From the NCBI GenBank assembly GCA_035221665.1, contig CM069140.1:74090001-74154000 (forward strand): a DNA stretch of 64,000 nucleotides, read 5' to 3'. Positions within the stretch are counted from its first letter, which is position 1. Every line of letters begins with the position of its first letter. Made by a program: the position numbers and the translations under genes. Positions 50,956-63,292 of the stretch are shown one piece after another. The notes under the pieces were generated by a model. It ran no database searches and was not told where the DNA came from. It saw nothing but the letters and a program-made list of their open reading frames with translations. This DNA is from Okamejei kenojei (taxonomy: Eukaryota).

Positions 50956-53900
50956 ATAAACAGGGAGTGGCGAGTCTGTGGAATTCTCTGCCTCAGAGGG
51001 AGGTGGAGGCAGGTTCTCTGAATGTTTTCAAGAGAGAGCTAGATAGGGCTCTTAAAAATAGCGGAGTCAGGGGATATGGGGAGAAGGCAGGAACGGGGTA
51101 CAGATTGGGGATGATCAGCCATGATCACATTGAATGGCGGTGCTGGCACGAAGGGTCAAATGGCCTACTCCTGCACCTATTGTCTATTGTAATCGCTTCT
51201 GTCTGCGTGTGATCCAAGCTCCTCCGCTCCCTGTTTACCCATGTACCTACCTATTAAACTTTATCGCACCTGCTTCTACCCCCACTTCTGGCAATGCGTT
51301 CCAGACACCTACCTCCGTGCACAAAACCTGCCTCACACATCTCCTTTAAACGTTCCCCCACTTGCCTTAAAAGTATGTCCTCTAGTATTTGACATTTCCA
51401 CCCTGGGGGAAAAGATTCTATCCCATCCATGCCTCTCATAATGTCGTGAAGTTCCAGCGAGTCTCCCCTCAGCCTCCAATGTTGCAGATACTCCTTCAAT
51501 AGACTACAACGTTTGCTCCAAGTTCCACGCTGCTTCCACTCGACTCAACGACGGACAGGACAGGGAAACGGTGCACCAGGTAGAGACATAGAGTGATACA
51601 GCATGGAAACAGGCCCTTCGGCCCAACTAGCCCACACCAGCCAACAACCCCCATCTACACTAGTTACCAAGACCTCAACGGTGGAACAGGCTGAGGACGA
51701 TGGCTAACCTTATTGGATCGTCACAACGGCTGGGAAGGCGGATGGATGAAGGCTGCGGCAGAAAAGGGTCCCCGGTTGTCTTGGACTCCACGCCACTGGA
51801 TCCTGACCCAGATCTGTCAAGGACCGTGTGGTGGCTGTCTGTGCGCCAGTCTCCCCACGTTAAACAAAGTCACGCACAGGCGTCCTCCATGAGAGGACAG
51901 TCGTACTCGTTTCGAATGACCGCCGATGATACCAGTCCCACCAGCCTGCGTTTGGCCCTGGTACACATTACAATAAACTAAACCTCTCCCTATAGCTTAT
52001 ATTCTCAAAACTGTGCCACATTTTAGAGAGTCTCTACTGCACCCTCTCCAAAGCCTCCCCAACCTTCCTGTAATGCAGCAATCAGAACTACACACCAGAC
52101 TTGGCCTGTTAACATTTTATACAGCTGCAACGTATCTGAAGAAGGGTGCCGACCCGAAACGTCACCCGTCCATGTTCTCCAGGGATCTTGCCTGCCCCAC
52201 TAAGTTACACCAGCACTTTGAGTCTTTTTATTGTGTAAACCAGCATCTGCAGCTCCTTATTTCCTAACCTTTATACTCACTGCGCTGACCATTAAAGGCA
52301 AGTATGCTACATGTCTTCTTTGCCAGCCTATCAAGATCCCTTTGTACATCAATGCTCCAAAAGATCACGGGGGAGCACGGCAGCGCAGCGGGTCGTGCTG
52401 CTGCCTCACAGCGCCAGAGGCCCGGGTTCAATCCTCACCACGGGTGCTGTCTGTACGGAGCTTGTACGCTCCCCCCGTGACCCGCCTGGGTTTTCTGCGG
52501 GCGCTCAGGTTTCCTCCCACACTCCAAAGACATGCAGGTTTGCAGGCTAATTGCCTTTGGTAAAAGACTGTCCATTTGTCCCCTGGTGTTTCAAGGTTTC
52601 AAGGTCAGTTTGTTGTCATGTGCCCCAATTAAGGTACAGTGAAATTCGAATTACCATACCGTCATACTAAAAAAAGGTTTTTAATTAAAAAAGCAACAGG
52701 ACACACAACCCCATAAAAATTAACATAAACATCCACCACAGTGGAATCCCCGCATTCCTCACTGTGATGGAAGTCAGTAAAGTCCAGTAGGATGTGCTAG
52801 AGTACGGGGATCGCTGCTCGGAGCAGACTCGGTGGGCTTGTTTCCGCAGTGTATTTCTAAACTGAATTCAACTAAATTTACCTGATATTGTCCTCTGACA
52901 GCCAAAATGCAATCCCTCACACGTGCCCGAATTAAAACTCCATCTGCACTTCAATGAGCCAAAGGGCTTGTTTTTGTGCTGCAGGATTCTGTAACTCATG
53001 AGAGGATTAGAAACTAACTAAACGCAGGGAGGCAGTGGATGAAAATTACAAGGCTCTGGTAAATGAAAGGGCAGAAGCAAGACTGGAGAGAGAGGCATTA
53101 AAATGCAAAACGATAAACAAACTGTGACAAGGAGGAATACACGGTACAAATCCAAGAATAAATCAGTAAAAATGGCTGGAGGTTATAAAAATAATTTTAA
53201 AAAGAAGACGTGAAAGGCTCTGTACCTGGATGCAAGCAGTGTTTGAAATCAAGCAGATCAACTGGGAGTGTAAAAAGTAAGAAAGAATGTTGTGGCAACT
53301 ATTAAATATGGTGACAAAACAAAGATGACTGGGACCCGAATTACCGACATAAAAGGCATTTATGTACCATTCCGTACATTTGCATTTATATTTATTGGCA
53401 AACCATTTAAAAGGAGTGGTTAAGAATTACCGAACAGTGAAAGGCTTGGATAGAGTGGATGTGGAGAGGACGTTTCCACTAGTGGGAGAGTCTAGAACCA
53501 GAGGCCACAGCCTCAGAATAAAAGGGCGTACCTTTAGGAAGGAGATGAGGAGGAATTTCTTCAGGCAGAGGGTGGTGAATCTGTGGAATTCTTTGCCACA
53601 GAAGGCTGTGGAGGCCAAGTCATTGGCGGCTCTTGATTAGTACGGGTGTCAGGAGTTATACAATACTGTTTATTGTCATTTGAACCTCATTGAGGTTCAA
53701 AGGAAATTTAGTTTCTGCAGTCATACAGACAAGAAAAGAAGCAAGACACAACACAATTGACACAAACATCCATCACAGTGAATCTCCTCCTCACTGTGAT
53801 GGAAGGCAAAGTCTTATCTCTCCCCTGCACTCCCCATTCTCCTCCCGATGTCAGAGTCAAAGCCCCAGGAGGGCGATGGTAAATAAGTCCCGCGGCCATT

Positions 53901-55279
53901 CAGGCCGCGCCGGGCGAAGCAAGGCCGCGCTCCGGGTCTTGATGTTAGAGCCCCCGGCAGACGCTAGCAAGTCCCGCGGCCATTAAAGCCGGTCGATGTA
54001 AGGCCCCGCTCCAGGTCATTTTCAACCCCGCAACTCGGGCGGGAGAAGTTGCCGCCGCGGGAGCTCGGAAAAGCGGTCTCCCACCAGGGGTCCGCAAGCT
54101 CCCGGTGTTACCGTCCACCGGCCTGCAGCTGGAGCCTCCGAAGCTCTGGGGTCGGGCAGCAGCAGCAGCAGCGGGTCAGGTCCTCCGTACAGGGAAAAGA
54201 TTTTAACCGTTTCCCCCACCCCGCCCCCCCACACATATCCAGCTAAAAAAAACCCACTACACTAAAACGAGACAAAAAATAAAAAAAGACAGACGTACTG
54301 CAGAGGCCGCTGCGACGAGAGTCGCACCAACCACCGGAACATGAGAGAAAAGGCAGGAGAATGGAGTGGAGAGGGGAAAGATGGATCAGCCATGATTCAA
54401 TGGCGGAGCGGACTTGATGGGCCAAATGGCCTATTCTGCTCCTATAACTTATGAACTTAGTGTATATTGGTATGTTTGCCTTCATTAGTCAGGCATTGAG
54501 GATAAGAATCAGGAAGTCATGATGCATGCAGCTTTATAGGTGTTTAAGAAGGAACTGCAGATGCCGGAAAATCAAAGGTAGTGGAGAAATCAAAAAGTGC
54601 TGGAGAAACTCAGCGGGTGCAGCAGCATCTATGGAGCGAAGGAAATAGGCAACGTAGTTTTAATACATAGTTGGTGCCTGGAACATGCTGCTCGGGGCGG
54701 TGGTGGAGATAGATACAATAGTGGCATTAAAGAGACTTTTGGATCGGCACATTCAGGGAGTTGTGGGGATATAGATCACGTGCAGGCAGAGGAAATGTGT
54801 AGGAAGGAACTGCAGATGTTGGTTTACACTGAAGATAGACACAAAATCCCAGAGTAACTCAGCGGGACCAGCAGCATTTCCGGATAGAAGGAATAGGTGA
54901 CTTTTCGGGCCGTTTTCGGGTTCGAAGGGTCTTGACCCGAAACGTCGCCCATTCCTTCTCTCTAGAGATGCTGCCAGTCCTGCTGAGTTACTCTGGCATT
55001 TTGTGTCTATTGCAGGGAGAGGAGATAGATTTAACCTGACATCATTTTGGGCGCAGGCATTGTGGGCCAAAGAGCTTGTTCCTGTGCTGTGGTGTTCTAT
55101 GTTCTAGGCGAGGAGGACATGAGGCTAAGAAAGGTTGGTGGGGCAACTGTTCAATAATGAAGTGAAGGAAGGAACTGCAGATGCTGGTGTATACCGAAGA
55201 TAGACACAAAGTGCTGGAGTAACTCAGCGGGTCAGGCAGCATCTCAGGAGAAAAAGGATGGGAGACGTTTCAAATCGAA

Positions 55280-55740
55280 ACGATACAATGGAACTTTAAA
55301 AATGATCCGCCAACAGTCGTAAGAACACAAAATACATGAAACGGGAAATTAAAGTGACGAGTGGAAAGGCTTGTGGGATGTGCAAAGATTGGAGAGGGGA
55401 GGCAATCTCAGTCTACCCCATGACAGAAGAGGGAGGAGTTGTACAGTTTGAGAGCCACAGGGAAGAAGGATCTCCTGTGGCGTTCTGTGCTGCATCTCGG
55501 TGGAACCAGTCTGTTGCTGAAGGGGCTCCTCCGGTTGACCAGTGTGTCACGGAGGGGGTGAGCTGTATTGTCCAGGATGCTCCGCAGTTTGAGGAGCATC
55601 CTCCCCTCCAAGACCACCTCCCGTAAATCCAACTCCGCCCCAAGGACGGAGCCAGCCTTCCTGATGTGTTTGCCGATCCTGTCGGTGTCCGCAGCCTTCG
55701 CCCTGCTGCCCCAGCACATGGCGGCGAAGATGGCACTGGC
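55280..55740 (-). mobile_element. Rex1/Babar LINE 3' end
   Basis: CWGSRAKAADTDRIGKHIRKAGSVLG...HPL...CSTERHRRSFFPVALKLYN. Confidence 0.85.
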
Positions 55741-55934
55741 TAAAACCCTTCTGGTTCCGACCCGAGGCTTCTCCCATCATTTTTCTCCAGACGTGCTGCC
55801 TGACCCGCTGAGTTACTCCAGCACTTTGCATCCATGTTCATTAATGCTGCTCTTAGTCTGAGTGAAAGGGATGATCCAAGTGCAAGAAACCAGGATTTTG
55901 AAGTGGTTCTGGTGAATGTGTGGTATTCTCCGTG

Positions 55935-56345
55935 GAGTGTCGCCTTGTGGTGGTGGAGAAGCTTGTGTGGACCTGAGATCCTGAGAGCGATGCCGTCTGG
56001 AGCTACGCTCCTGGTAGGGCCACCCATGGCGGTAAGGTCGAGGGGGAGGTCTCTGACAAAGAGCAATCCAACCAAGACCTCAACGGTGGAACAGGCAGAG
56101 GACGATGGCTGACCTTAGTGGAGCGCCACAACGGCTGGGAAGGCGGATGGATGAAGGCTGCAGCAGAAAAGGGTCTCCGGTCGTCTTGGACTCCATGCCA
56201 CTGGATCCTGACCCAGATCTGTCTGTCAAGGACCGTGGGGTAGCTGTCTGTGCACCAGTCTCCCCACGTTAAACAAAGTCACACATAGGTGTCCTCCATA
56301 TAGGGAATAGCACCCTGGAGACACCCCTGGTCAGCCATGACCGAA
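55935..56345 (+). mobile_element. RTE-derived non-autonomous element (RTE 5'UTR-like head); partial second copy at 51667-51930
   Basis: Head tcgccttgtggtggtggagaagcttg...tggtagggccacccatggc...gacaaag resembles the Rex3/BovB-type RTE 5' end. The body is repeated at 51667. Confidence 0.55.
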
Positions 56346-57029
56346 GGGGGCCTGAGAAGGAGGTATAATAAAGGAAAGGACTCTCGTGATTATCGTGAAC
56401 AGGCCTCCAAATAGTAACCGCATGGTGGGAAAGAATATAAAAAGAAAAAGGAATTGGAGCTGGTCCAAATGTTACGGCAAGAATCATGTTGGATTAGCAG
56501 GGAAGAAAAAAAATCAAATGGGTAAGGATTGACTTGATGAGTTTGTAGAATGTTTACAAGATTGTTTCTTATAACAGCATGTTTAGGAGTTAACCAAACA
56601 GCAAGCTCCACGATTGTCCTAGGAGAGAATTTTATTGAATTACATTAACATCAAGGCACCCCGAGATAGCAGCAAACATAATATGATTACAATTTAAATT
56701 CAGCCTGTGAGAGGAAACAATGGAATCAAGACCAGTATTTTAAACTTGAAGAAGGGTCATTATAAAGGCATGGGAATTATAAAGGGTATTTAAAAAGGCC
56801 TTAGTGAAATTGCAATTTAGGTTAAGAGATTGGCAATCAGGATGCAGAACAGACATTTAATGGAAGGTGGACGCAAATTGCGGGAGTAACTCAGCGGGTT
56901 TTTTTTTTATGGACCTGGAGTTGAAGACCTTATTGTCACACGTGACAAGTCACAGTGAAATTCTTTGCTTGCCTACCCAAGGTGTGCAAATAGTCACCCA
57001 TAAAGGGCGCTGCCAAAGTTATAACCCCC

Positions 57030-57030
<1 letters not shown>

Positions 57031-57088
<58 letters not shown>
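57031..57088. repeat. Poly-C homopolymer (58 nt)
   Basis: Uninterrupted C run; other long G/C runs occur near 4440, 13115, 33600, 41845 and 50405. Confidence 0.95.
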
Positions 57089-57091
<3 letters not shown>

Positions 57092-57233
57092 CAGTCCCTC
57101 CACGCCAGTTCCCCATTGTTCATCCCCCTCCCTCATGGAGGTCCCCCCCCCCATGCCACGAGATCTTAGATTCAAATTAGCAAGAAGGAAAAAAAAATTA
57201 AGAGGAGGTCCCGTGATCCTTGCTTAAGTAAAG

Positions 57234-57500
57234 AACGGTGGCGCAGCGGTAGAGTTGCTGCCTTACAGCGCCACAGACCCGGGTTCGATCCTGACTACGG
57301 GAGCTTGTATGGACGGAGTTTTTCTCCGGTTTCCTCCCACACTCCAAATATGTACAGGTTTGTCGATTAATAGGCTTCGATAAAGATTGCAAATTGCCCC
57401 TTGTGTGTAGGAGGGTGGTGTTCGTGTCCGGGGATCGCAGGTCAGAGCAGACTCGGTACGCCGAACGGCCCCGTTTCCGCATTAGATCTCTACATTAAAC
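57234..57500 (+). mobile_element. tRNA-derived V-SINE (HE1-like)
   Basis: A box TGGCGCAGCGG, B box GGTTCGATCC, V-domain and CR1-like tail. Confidence 0.85.
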
Positions 57501-58094
57501 TCAATTATTTTTAAAAGCTAACAAAGTGCGTGATAATCTCATTGAAAATAAGCTTGAGGAAATAATGGAAAACAAAAGAGAACGCATGAAATCAACAGGT
57601 TATTTGCGTCAGTGTGTAGTATAGAGATTACAACCCGACAGTAATAGCACGAAATTGGAGGTTTGGAAGGGAAAGAAAAGCTCATACAATGTATAATTCA
57701 GGAAGTAGAGCTGTGTAAAGTGGAACTGTAGGCTGTCAAGTCTCCAGGGTCCCCCAATCCGAAGAGGGGTCTCTACCCAAAACGTCACCCATTCCTTGTC
57801 TCCAAAGATGCCCCGCTGAGTTACTCCAGCGGGGCATCAAAATTCCAAGACGGTTCCATTAGATTGTAAAACAGATGCAGGCGAAATAACGGCGAAAAAA
57901 CTCATACTCAAATTTTGGAAAAAGACAACAGTTCCCACAGTGAAGATGTGGATTGCTGATATGTCCGAGACAGTACATTTAGAAAACACTAGGCTTGTCT
58001 TGGCTGGAAAAGCAGATCAATTTCTCAAGACATGGTCGCCTTTCACTGAATTTCAGCAACAACATTGGATAATGAAGTAGATTTGGAAAATTAA

Positions 58095-58977
58095 GTAGAT
58101 TTTCAAAGTCTACAGAGAGATTTGGGCCATTTGGAAAAGTGGTCTGAAAGATGGCAGATGGGAGTTTAATGCTGTTAAGTGTGAAGTGCTACATCTTGGC
58201 AGGACAAATCAAAATAGGACGTACATGGTAAATAGTAGGGAATTGAGGAATGCTGTGGAACAGAGGGATCTAGGAATAACTGTGCATAGTTCCCTGAAGG
58301 TGGAATCGCATGTAGATAGGGTGTTAAAGAAAGCCTTTGGTGTGCTGGCCTTTATAAATCAGAGCATTGAATATAGGAGTAGGGAAGTAATGTTAAAATT
58401 GTACAAGGCATTGGTAAGACCAATACTGGAGTATGGTGTACAATTTTGGTCGCCTAGTTATAGGAAGGATGTCAACAAAAATAGAGAGAGTACAGAGGAG
58501 ATTTACTAGAATGTTGCCAGGGTTCCAGCAACTATGTTACAGAGAAAAGGTTGAACAAGTTAGGTCTTTATTCTTTGGAGCGCAGAAGGTTAAGGGGGGA
58601 CTTGATTGAGGTCTTTAAAATGATGAAAGGGATAGACAGAGTTGACGTGGATACGTTTTTCCCATTGAGGGTAGGGAAGATTCAAACAAGACGGCATGAC
58701 ATGAGAATTAAGGGACAGAAGTTTAGGGGTAACGTGAGGGGGAACTTCTTTACTCATAGGTGGTGGCTGTGTGGAATGAGCTTCCAGCAGAAGTGGGAGG
58801 CAGGATCGATTTTAACATTTAAAAGTAAAGTGGATAGGTATATGGACGTGAAGGGAATGGAGGGGTATGATCTGAGTGCAGGTAGATGGGACTAGGGGAA
58901 AACAAATGGTCGGCACGGACTGGAAGGGCCGAGAGGGTCTGTTTCTGTGCTGTAATTGTTATATGGTTATATGGTTA
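58095..58977 (+). mobile_element. Young CR1 (HER1-like) LINE 3' end inserted into an L1 3' end (~57895-59270)
   Basis: Frameshifted RT C-terminus nearly identical to 35980-36726, with the same (ggttatat)n tail. An L1 fragment LILKFWKK...VKMWI...TWSPF lies upstream and an aataaa/poly-A tail downstream. Confidence 0.9.
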
Positions 58978-61881
58978 ACAGAATGGTTAAACACAAATTT
59001 GAACCCGATGCCAGGGATGGGTGAGGAGGGGGGAGGTATATCACCATCTCTCTTTTCTTATTTCTTTTCATTCCTCTTGCACTGCTTTGGTAGCTCTTCT
59101 TTTACTTCTCTCTCTTCATTCTCTCCTTTTTTCTCTCTTTTTTACGTTTTTTTAATTTAGGTTTCAATGTTAAAAATGAAGATGTACATTAATTGTATAA
59201 CTGTTATGTCCCGATCGCCTTATCCCTGTACAATTGCTTCTAATAAAATAAATACAACATAAAAAAAGATGCAGGCACTTTATTCAAGAGGGGGGAAGGT
59301 GGAAGGTGGAAAGCTGCGATGCACTTCTGCAGTTTGATTTTGATTTACAAATCAGTACTGATTTGCGAAAGGGAAATCATATTAGACTAATTCCTTTGAA
59401 GCAACAACATAGAAAACAGGAAACCACAGGAGAGAGCTTAACATTTCACATGGGGAAATGTTCATTTTGGAAGGGCACGGAGGAAAATGTACAGTAATCA
59501 GACAAAGTCAGCATCGTATCAAAATACAAAAATGCAGAGAACACTCAGCAGGTCAGACAACATCTATGATTTTTACAATATCTGCCGTTTTACTTTGATT
59601 TTCAAATCAATACTGGCTTGCGAAAAGGAAATTATCACAGCTGACCAATTCCTTGAAGCAGCAACATTAGCGGAGGAAAATGTGAACCAGTGGATGTGCT
59701 ATAAAGGTGACTCCCCATATAACGGGGAGATTGCTTTAGACTGTGGGAGGAAACTGGAGCACCCGGAGAAAACCCACACCATCACTGAGAGAACGTACAA
59801 ACTCCATGCAGGCAGCACCAGTAGTCAGAATGAAACACGGATTTCTTGCTCTGTAAGGCAGCAACTCCACTGCTACACCACTGTGCCACCCACTGTACTG
59901 AACTTGGGAACCTATCCATATTGTGAACTTTCGTAATGAAAAGCCACGCCATCTGAATCTTGCAGTCGGTGAAATTGGTCTCACCCCAATACTTCAAGGA
60001 GCGTACTATGGATCGTCGATCACTTAGAACTGCACAGGAAGACAGAAGTTATTCCTGCCAAATCAACCACGAGCTTTGTACCAGGTTTCAAGACCTGATC
60101 GTCATTCTATCTTCCGCGCACCAACAAATCCAAGGAGTCACAAGGACCTGTAGATCCTGGAATCGTGTGTACAACACAAAGTGCTGGAGCAACTCAGCAG
60201 GTCCGAAGAAGGTTCCAAACCCAAAACACCAATGGTCAATGTCCTGCACAGATGCTGCCCGACTCCAGCATTATGTTTCCCAACCAACGCAAGGATGCTG
60301 GCGGGAGGCTGCTCCACAGTGGGCTATGCCATTCCCAAGGGTATTCTGCTGAGCAACATGCCAATAGGCTCTCCGTGAGCTGAACAGGGCACGGAGAGGG
60401 TGATGAGTTTCATCACCGATGACTGCGTTTTCTAAGACATAATATAGGAAGCAGTCTTTATTCTTCAAGGATAGACACAATAGACAATAGGTGCAGCAGT
60501 AGGCCATTCAGCCCTTCGAGCCAGCATCGCCATTCAATGTGATCATGGCTGATCATCCCCGTTCTTGCCTTCTCCCCATATCCCCTGACTCTGCTATTCT
60601 TAAGAGCCCTATCTAGCACTCTCTTGAAAGCATCCAGAGAACCGGCCTCCACTGCCCTCTGAGGCAGAGAATGAGGCAGAGGTGCTGGTGTAACTCTGCG
60701 GGTCAGGCAGCATCTCTGGAGAAAAAGGATGGGTGACGTTTCAGGTCGGGACCCTACTTCAGACTTCGGAAAGGTCCCGACCCAAAACGTCACCCATCCT
60801 CTTTCCCCAGAGATGCTGCCTGACCCGCTGAGTTACTCCAGCACTATGTGTCCATCTTCAGCTAATACCAGCATCTGCATTCCTTTCTACCTACTCATTT
60901 TCCAAGGGCATGGATTTTTCGTCATAAAGACAGTTTTGTACAGGCGAGGTTGATCGAGGGCCTGTGTTTACCCATTGTTGTTAAGTGCTAGACCCATTTT
61001 CTTCTTTGCTTCTGTGAAAAAGAGCTGTTGACGACTTGAGAGCTTTGCCTCCGAATAAGCTGAGAGACATCAGACTTTGGATGAATGGTCATAGGATGTT
61101 TAGTCAAAATGATCATGTGGAACTGGGTCTAGAGACCATAGCCCACTACAATGCTCAATAGTCCACTGATTGAGCATCTTGTTGCTGCAATTCGGAGGTC
61201 ATGAGACCAAATTGTGGATAAACTAATGGAAAACATTTGGTGATTTATGAATTAGCCGTCAGACTGTCATTAAAGATTTACTCAGCATTCAAGAAACACA
61301 ACGTCATTTGGTCAATTTGGTTGGTGTGAATTTAACGGCGCGGTGGGAGAGAAAGGTCCTTTGAGTTGAGTGAAAGTGCAGGGTACAGAGGCTGATAGGC
61401 TCAGGCTTATTATTGTCATGTGTGCCAAGGTGCAGTGAAAAGCTTTGTTTTCCATGCTGTCTAATCAAATGGGATAATACTATACATCCATACAAAGACA
61501 AACTCAAGTACAATCGGTAGAGCAAAGGGAAATATACAGAGTGCAGAATATGGTGCTCAGCAATGCTGTTCACCAGTTCCTTAGATAAGGTCCAATGTCC
61601 ACGCTGGGGCAGAAGTGAATCGGACAGTACACTCGCTTATGGACACACTGGTCAGATGCCCGATAACAGAAGGTGTTCACGAGTCTGGCGGTGTGTGCTT
61701 TCAAGCTTCTGTATCTTTTGCCTAACTGGGGCAGGGAGGAGGAGGAATGGGACGAGTCTTCGATTATGTTGGCTGCTTTTCTGAAGAAGTGTGGTGCCAG
61801 TGCATGTGAGAGTACGTGTTTGGGAACATACGCTGAACTTTTTTCCTAATTTATTATAGTTTACAGCGTATTATGTTTACA

Positions 61882-62699
61882 CTAGACTAAGTGGGACCTG
61901 TTGGGTCCCATGTTCACACGGGAGGGCTGATCCCCCAACGCAATATTTCACCTCTCCACCAATTCCAATATTGGTGGCCATTGGGGGCGGGGGGCTTCCT
62001 GGAGCGCTTGAATGGGTGTTGTGTGCTGAAGGGACTGGTTTCCAGAGGGCTAGTATGGACATTGTGTGCCGAATGGATTATTGGGCTGGCAGCTCAGTCA
62101 CTCAAGCCTGGTGTGCCGGCAGCTCACTCATGGCTGGTGGGCTGGCAGTTGACTCACGGCTATTCCTTGAAATTCCATTTCAAGCAGCGTGTAATGCCAC
62201 CAAATTCAAATTAACTTTCCTACCATTTCAAGCAGGGTGCAAGGCCACCAAATTCAAAAGCAGTTTCCTACCATTTCAAGCAGGGTGTAAGGCCACCAAA
62301 TTCAAAAGCAGTTTCATACCATTTCAAGCATGGTGCAAGGCCACCAAATTCAAAAGCAGTTTCCCACCATTTCAAGCAGAGTGCAAGACCTCCCTCCCCC
62401 ATCTTGCAGAGACTGAACCACGCCCACACTTCCAGGTTTTATAGTCGCTCCTCCCTCCCACCGGAAGGGGCGCGGCCTTCGTGGCGGTGATTGACAGGAG
62501 AGAGAATCTCAACATTTTTAAAACATTAATAACTCTTTTATTTTTCATCGATGGGAAAAATCCTCTTGTCCTGTGCAGCAGAGGGGGACTCCGAATCAGA
62601 TAGCCAAAAATCACAGCCGTAAATGTGACAGCGTTTTGTCTACATTCAATATGCAGTGCAAACAGGAATTGGTCAAGATGAGACTTTTAATTATATAGA
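61882..62699 (-). mobile_element. Complete non-autonomous Helitron
   Basis: Minus strand starts TCTATATAATTAAAAG and ends with hairpin GGGACC-CAACA-GGTCCC then ACTTAGTCTAG. It is inserted between A and T with no TSD, and the flanks rejoin as tatgtttaca|tattctgttgtgctg. Confidence 0.88.
62175..62387 (+). repeat. 48-bp minisatellite (~4.4 copies) inside the Helitron
   Basis: Units start at 62175, 62223, 62271, 62319 and 62367 (ccatttcaagcagggtgcaaggccaccaaattcaaaagcagtttccta). Confidence 0.95.
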
Positions 62700-62993
62700 T
62701 ATTCTGTTGTGCTGCAAGTAAGAATTTCATTGTTCTATCTGGGATAAATGACAATAAAACACTCTTGACTCTAAGTCTAAGAACATGTGCACCAGCTACA
62801 CAGCAGAGCATGGTCTCCAATTGTTTTGCATCTCTTTGCCATTAGATCAAACTATACTTGCTCTAGTGAAGTTAATGATGAACAAAATCCACCCCATGCT
62901 AAAAGGGTTTATGAGCAGGCATTGTCCACTCCTCAGAACGGAGGTGGGCGAATTTCTTAATCCCAAGGGAGTGCCTAAGGAGGAGGAACTTAC

Positions 62994-63292
62994 AACCATT
63001 CTGCAACTGTAGCTACACCTTAACACACAGTCGCACACACAGGCAAGGCACAACTGAAATGCTTTCCTTTGTTTACACGCAAATCCAGTTCCCGACTACA
63101 TAACCGAACCCAATGCCCTTTGGGCAAGTTAGGAGGGGCAATGATACTGCGGTGTCAACTTCACCCTGCAGCAGAAAGCCAGCACCTTTGAAAGGGAAGA
63201 AAACGCTTTTAGAACTTAAAGAGAGAGTTGAAAGGGAAATTTGTTCACTGCTTTCAGGCGTTTCCAATAACTAGGAAATTGACGATTCGCAC
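62994..63292 (-). other. Possible further non-coding exon (ZZZ3 5'UTR?)
   Basis: Donor |GTAAGT at 62993-62988 and acceptor tttttttag| at 63293, with alternative internal acceptors. Unique sequence with no recognisable coding frame. Confidence 0.25.

Noticed and set aside
57234-57305. tRNA gene
   Set aside because: A and B boxes are present, but the sequence continues into the SINE body and tail; it is a tRNA-derived SINE head.
62175-62387. Regular repeats as a CRISPR array or repeat protein
   Set aside because: Head-to-tail 48-bp units with no unique spacers, inside a Helitron in eukaryotic DNA.
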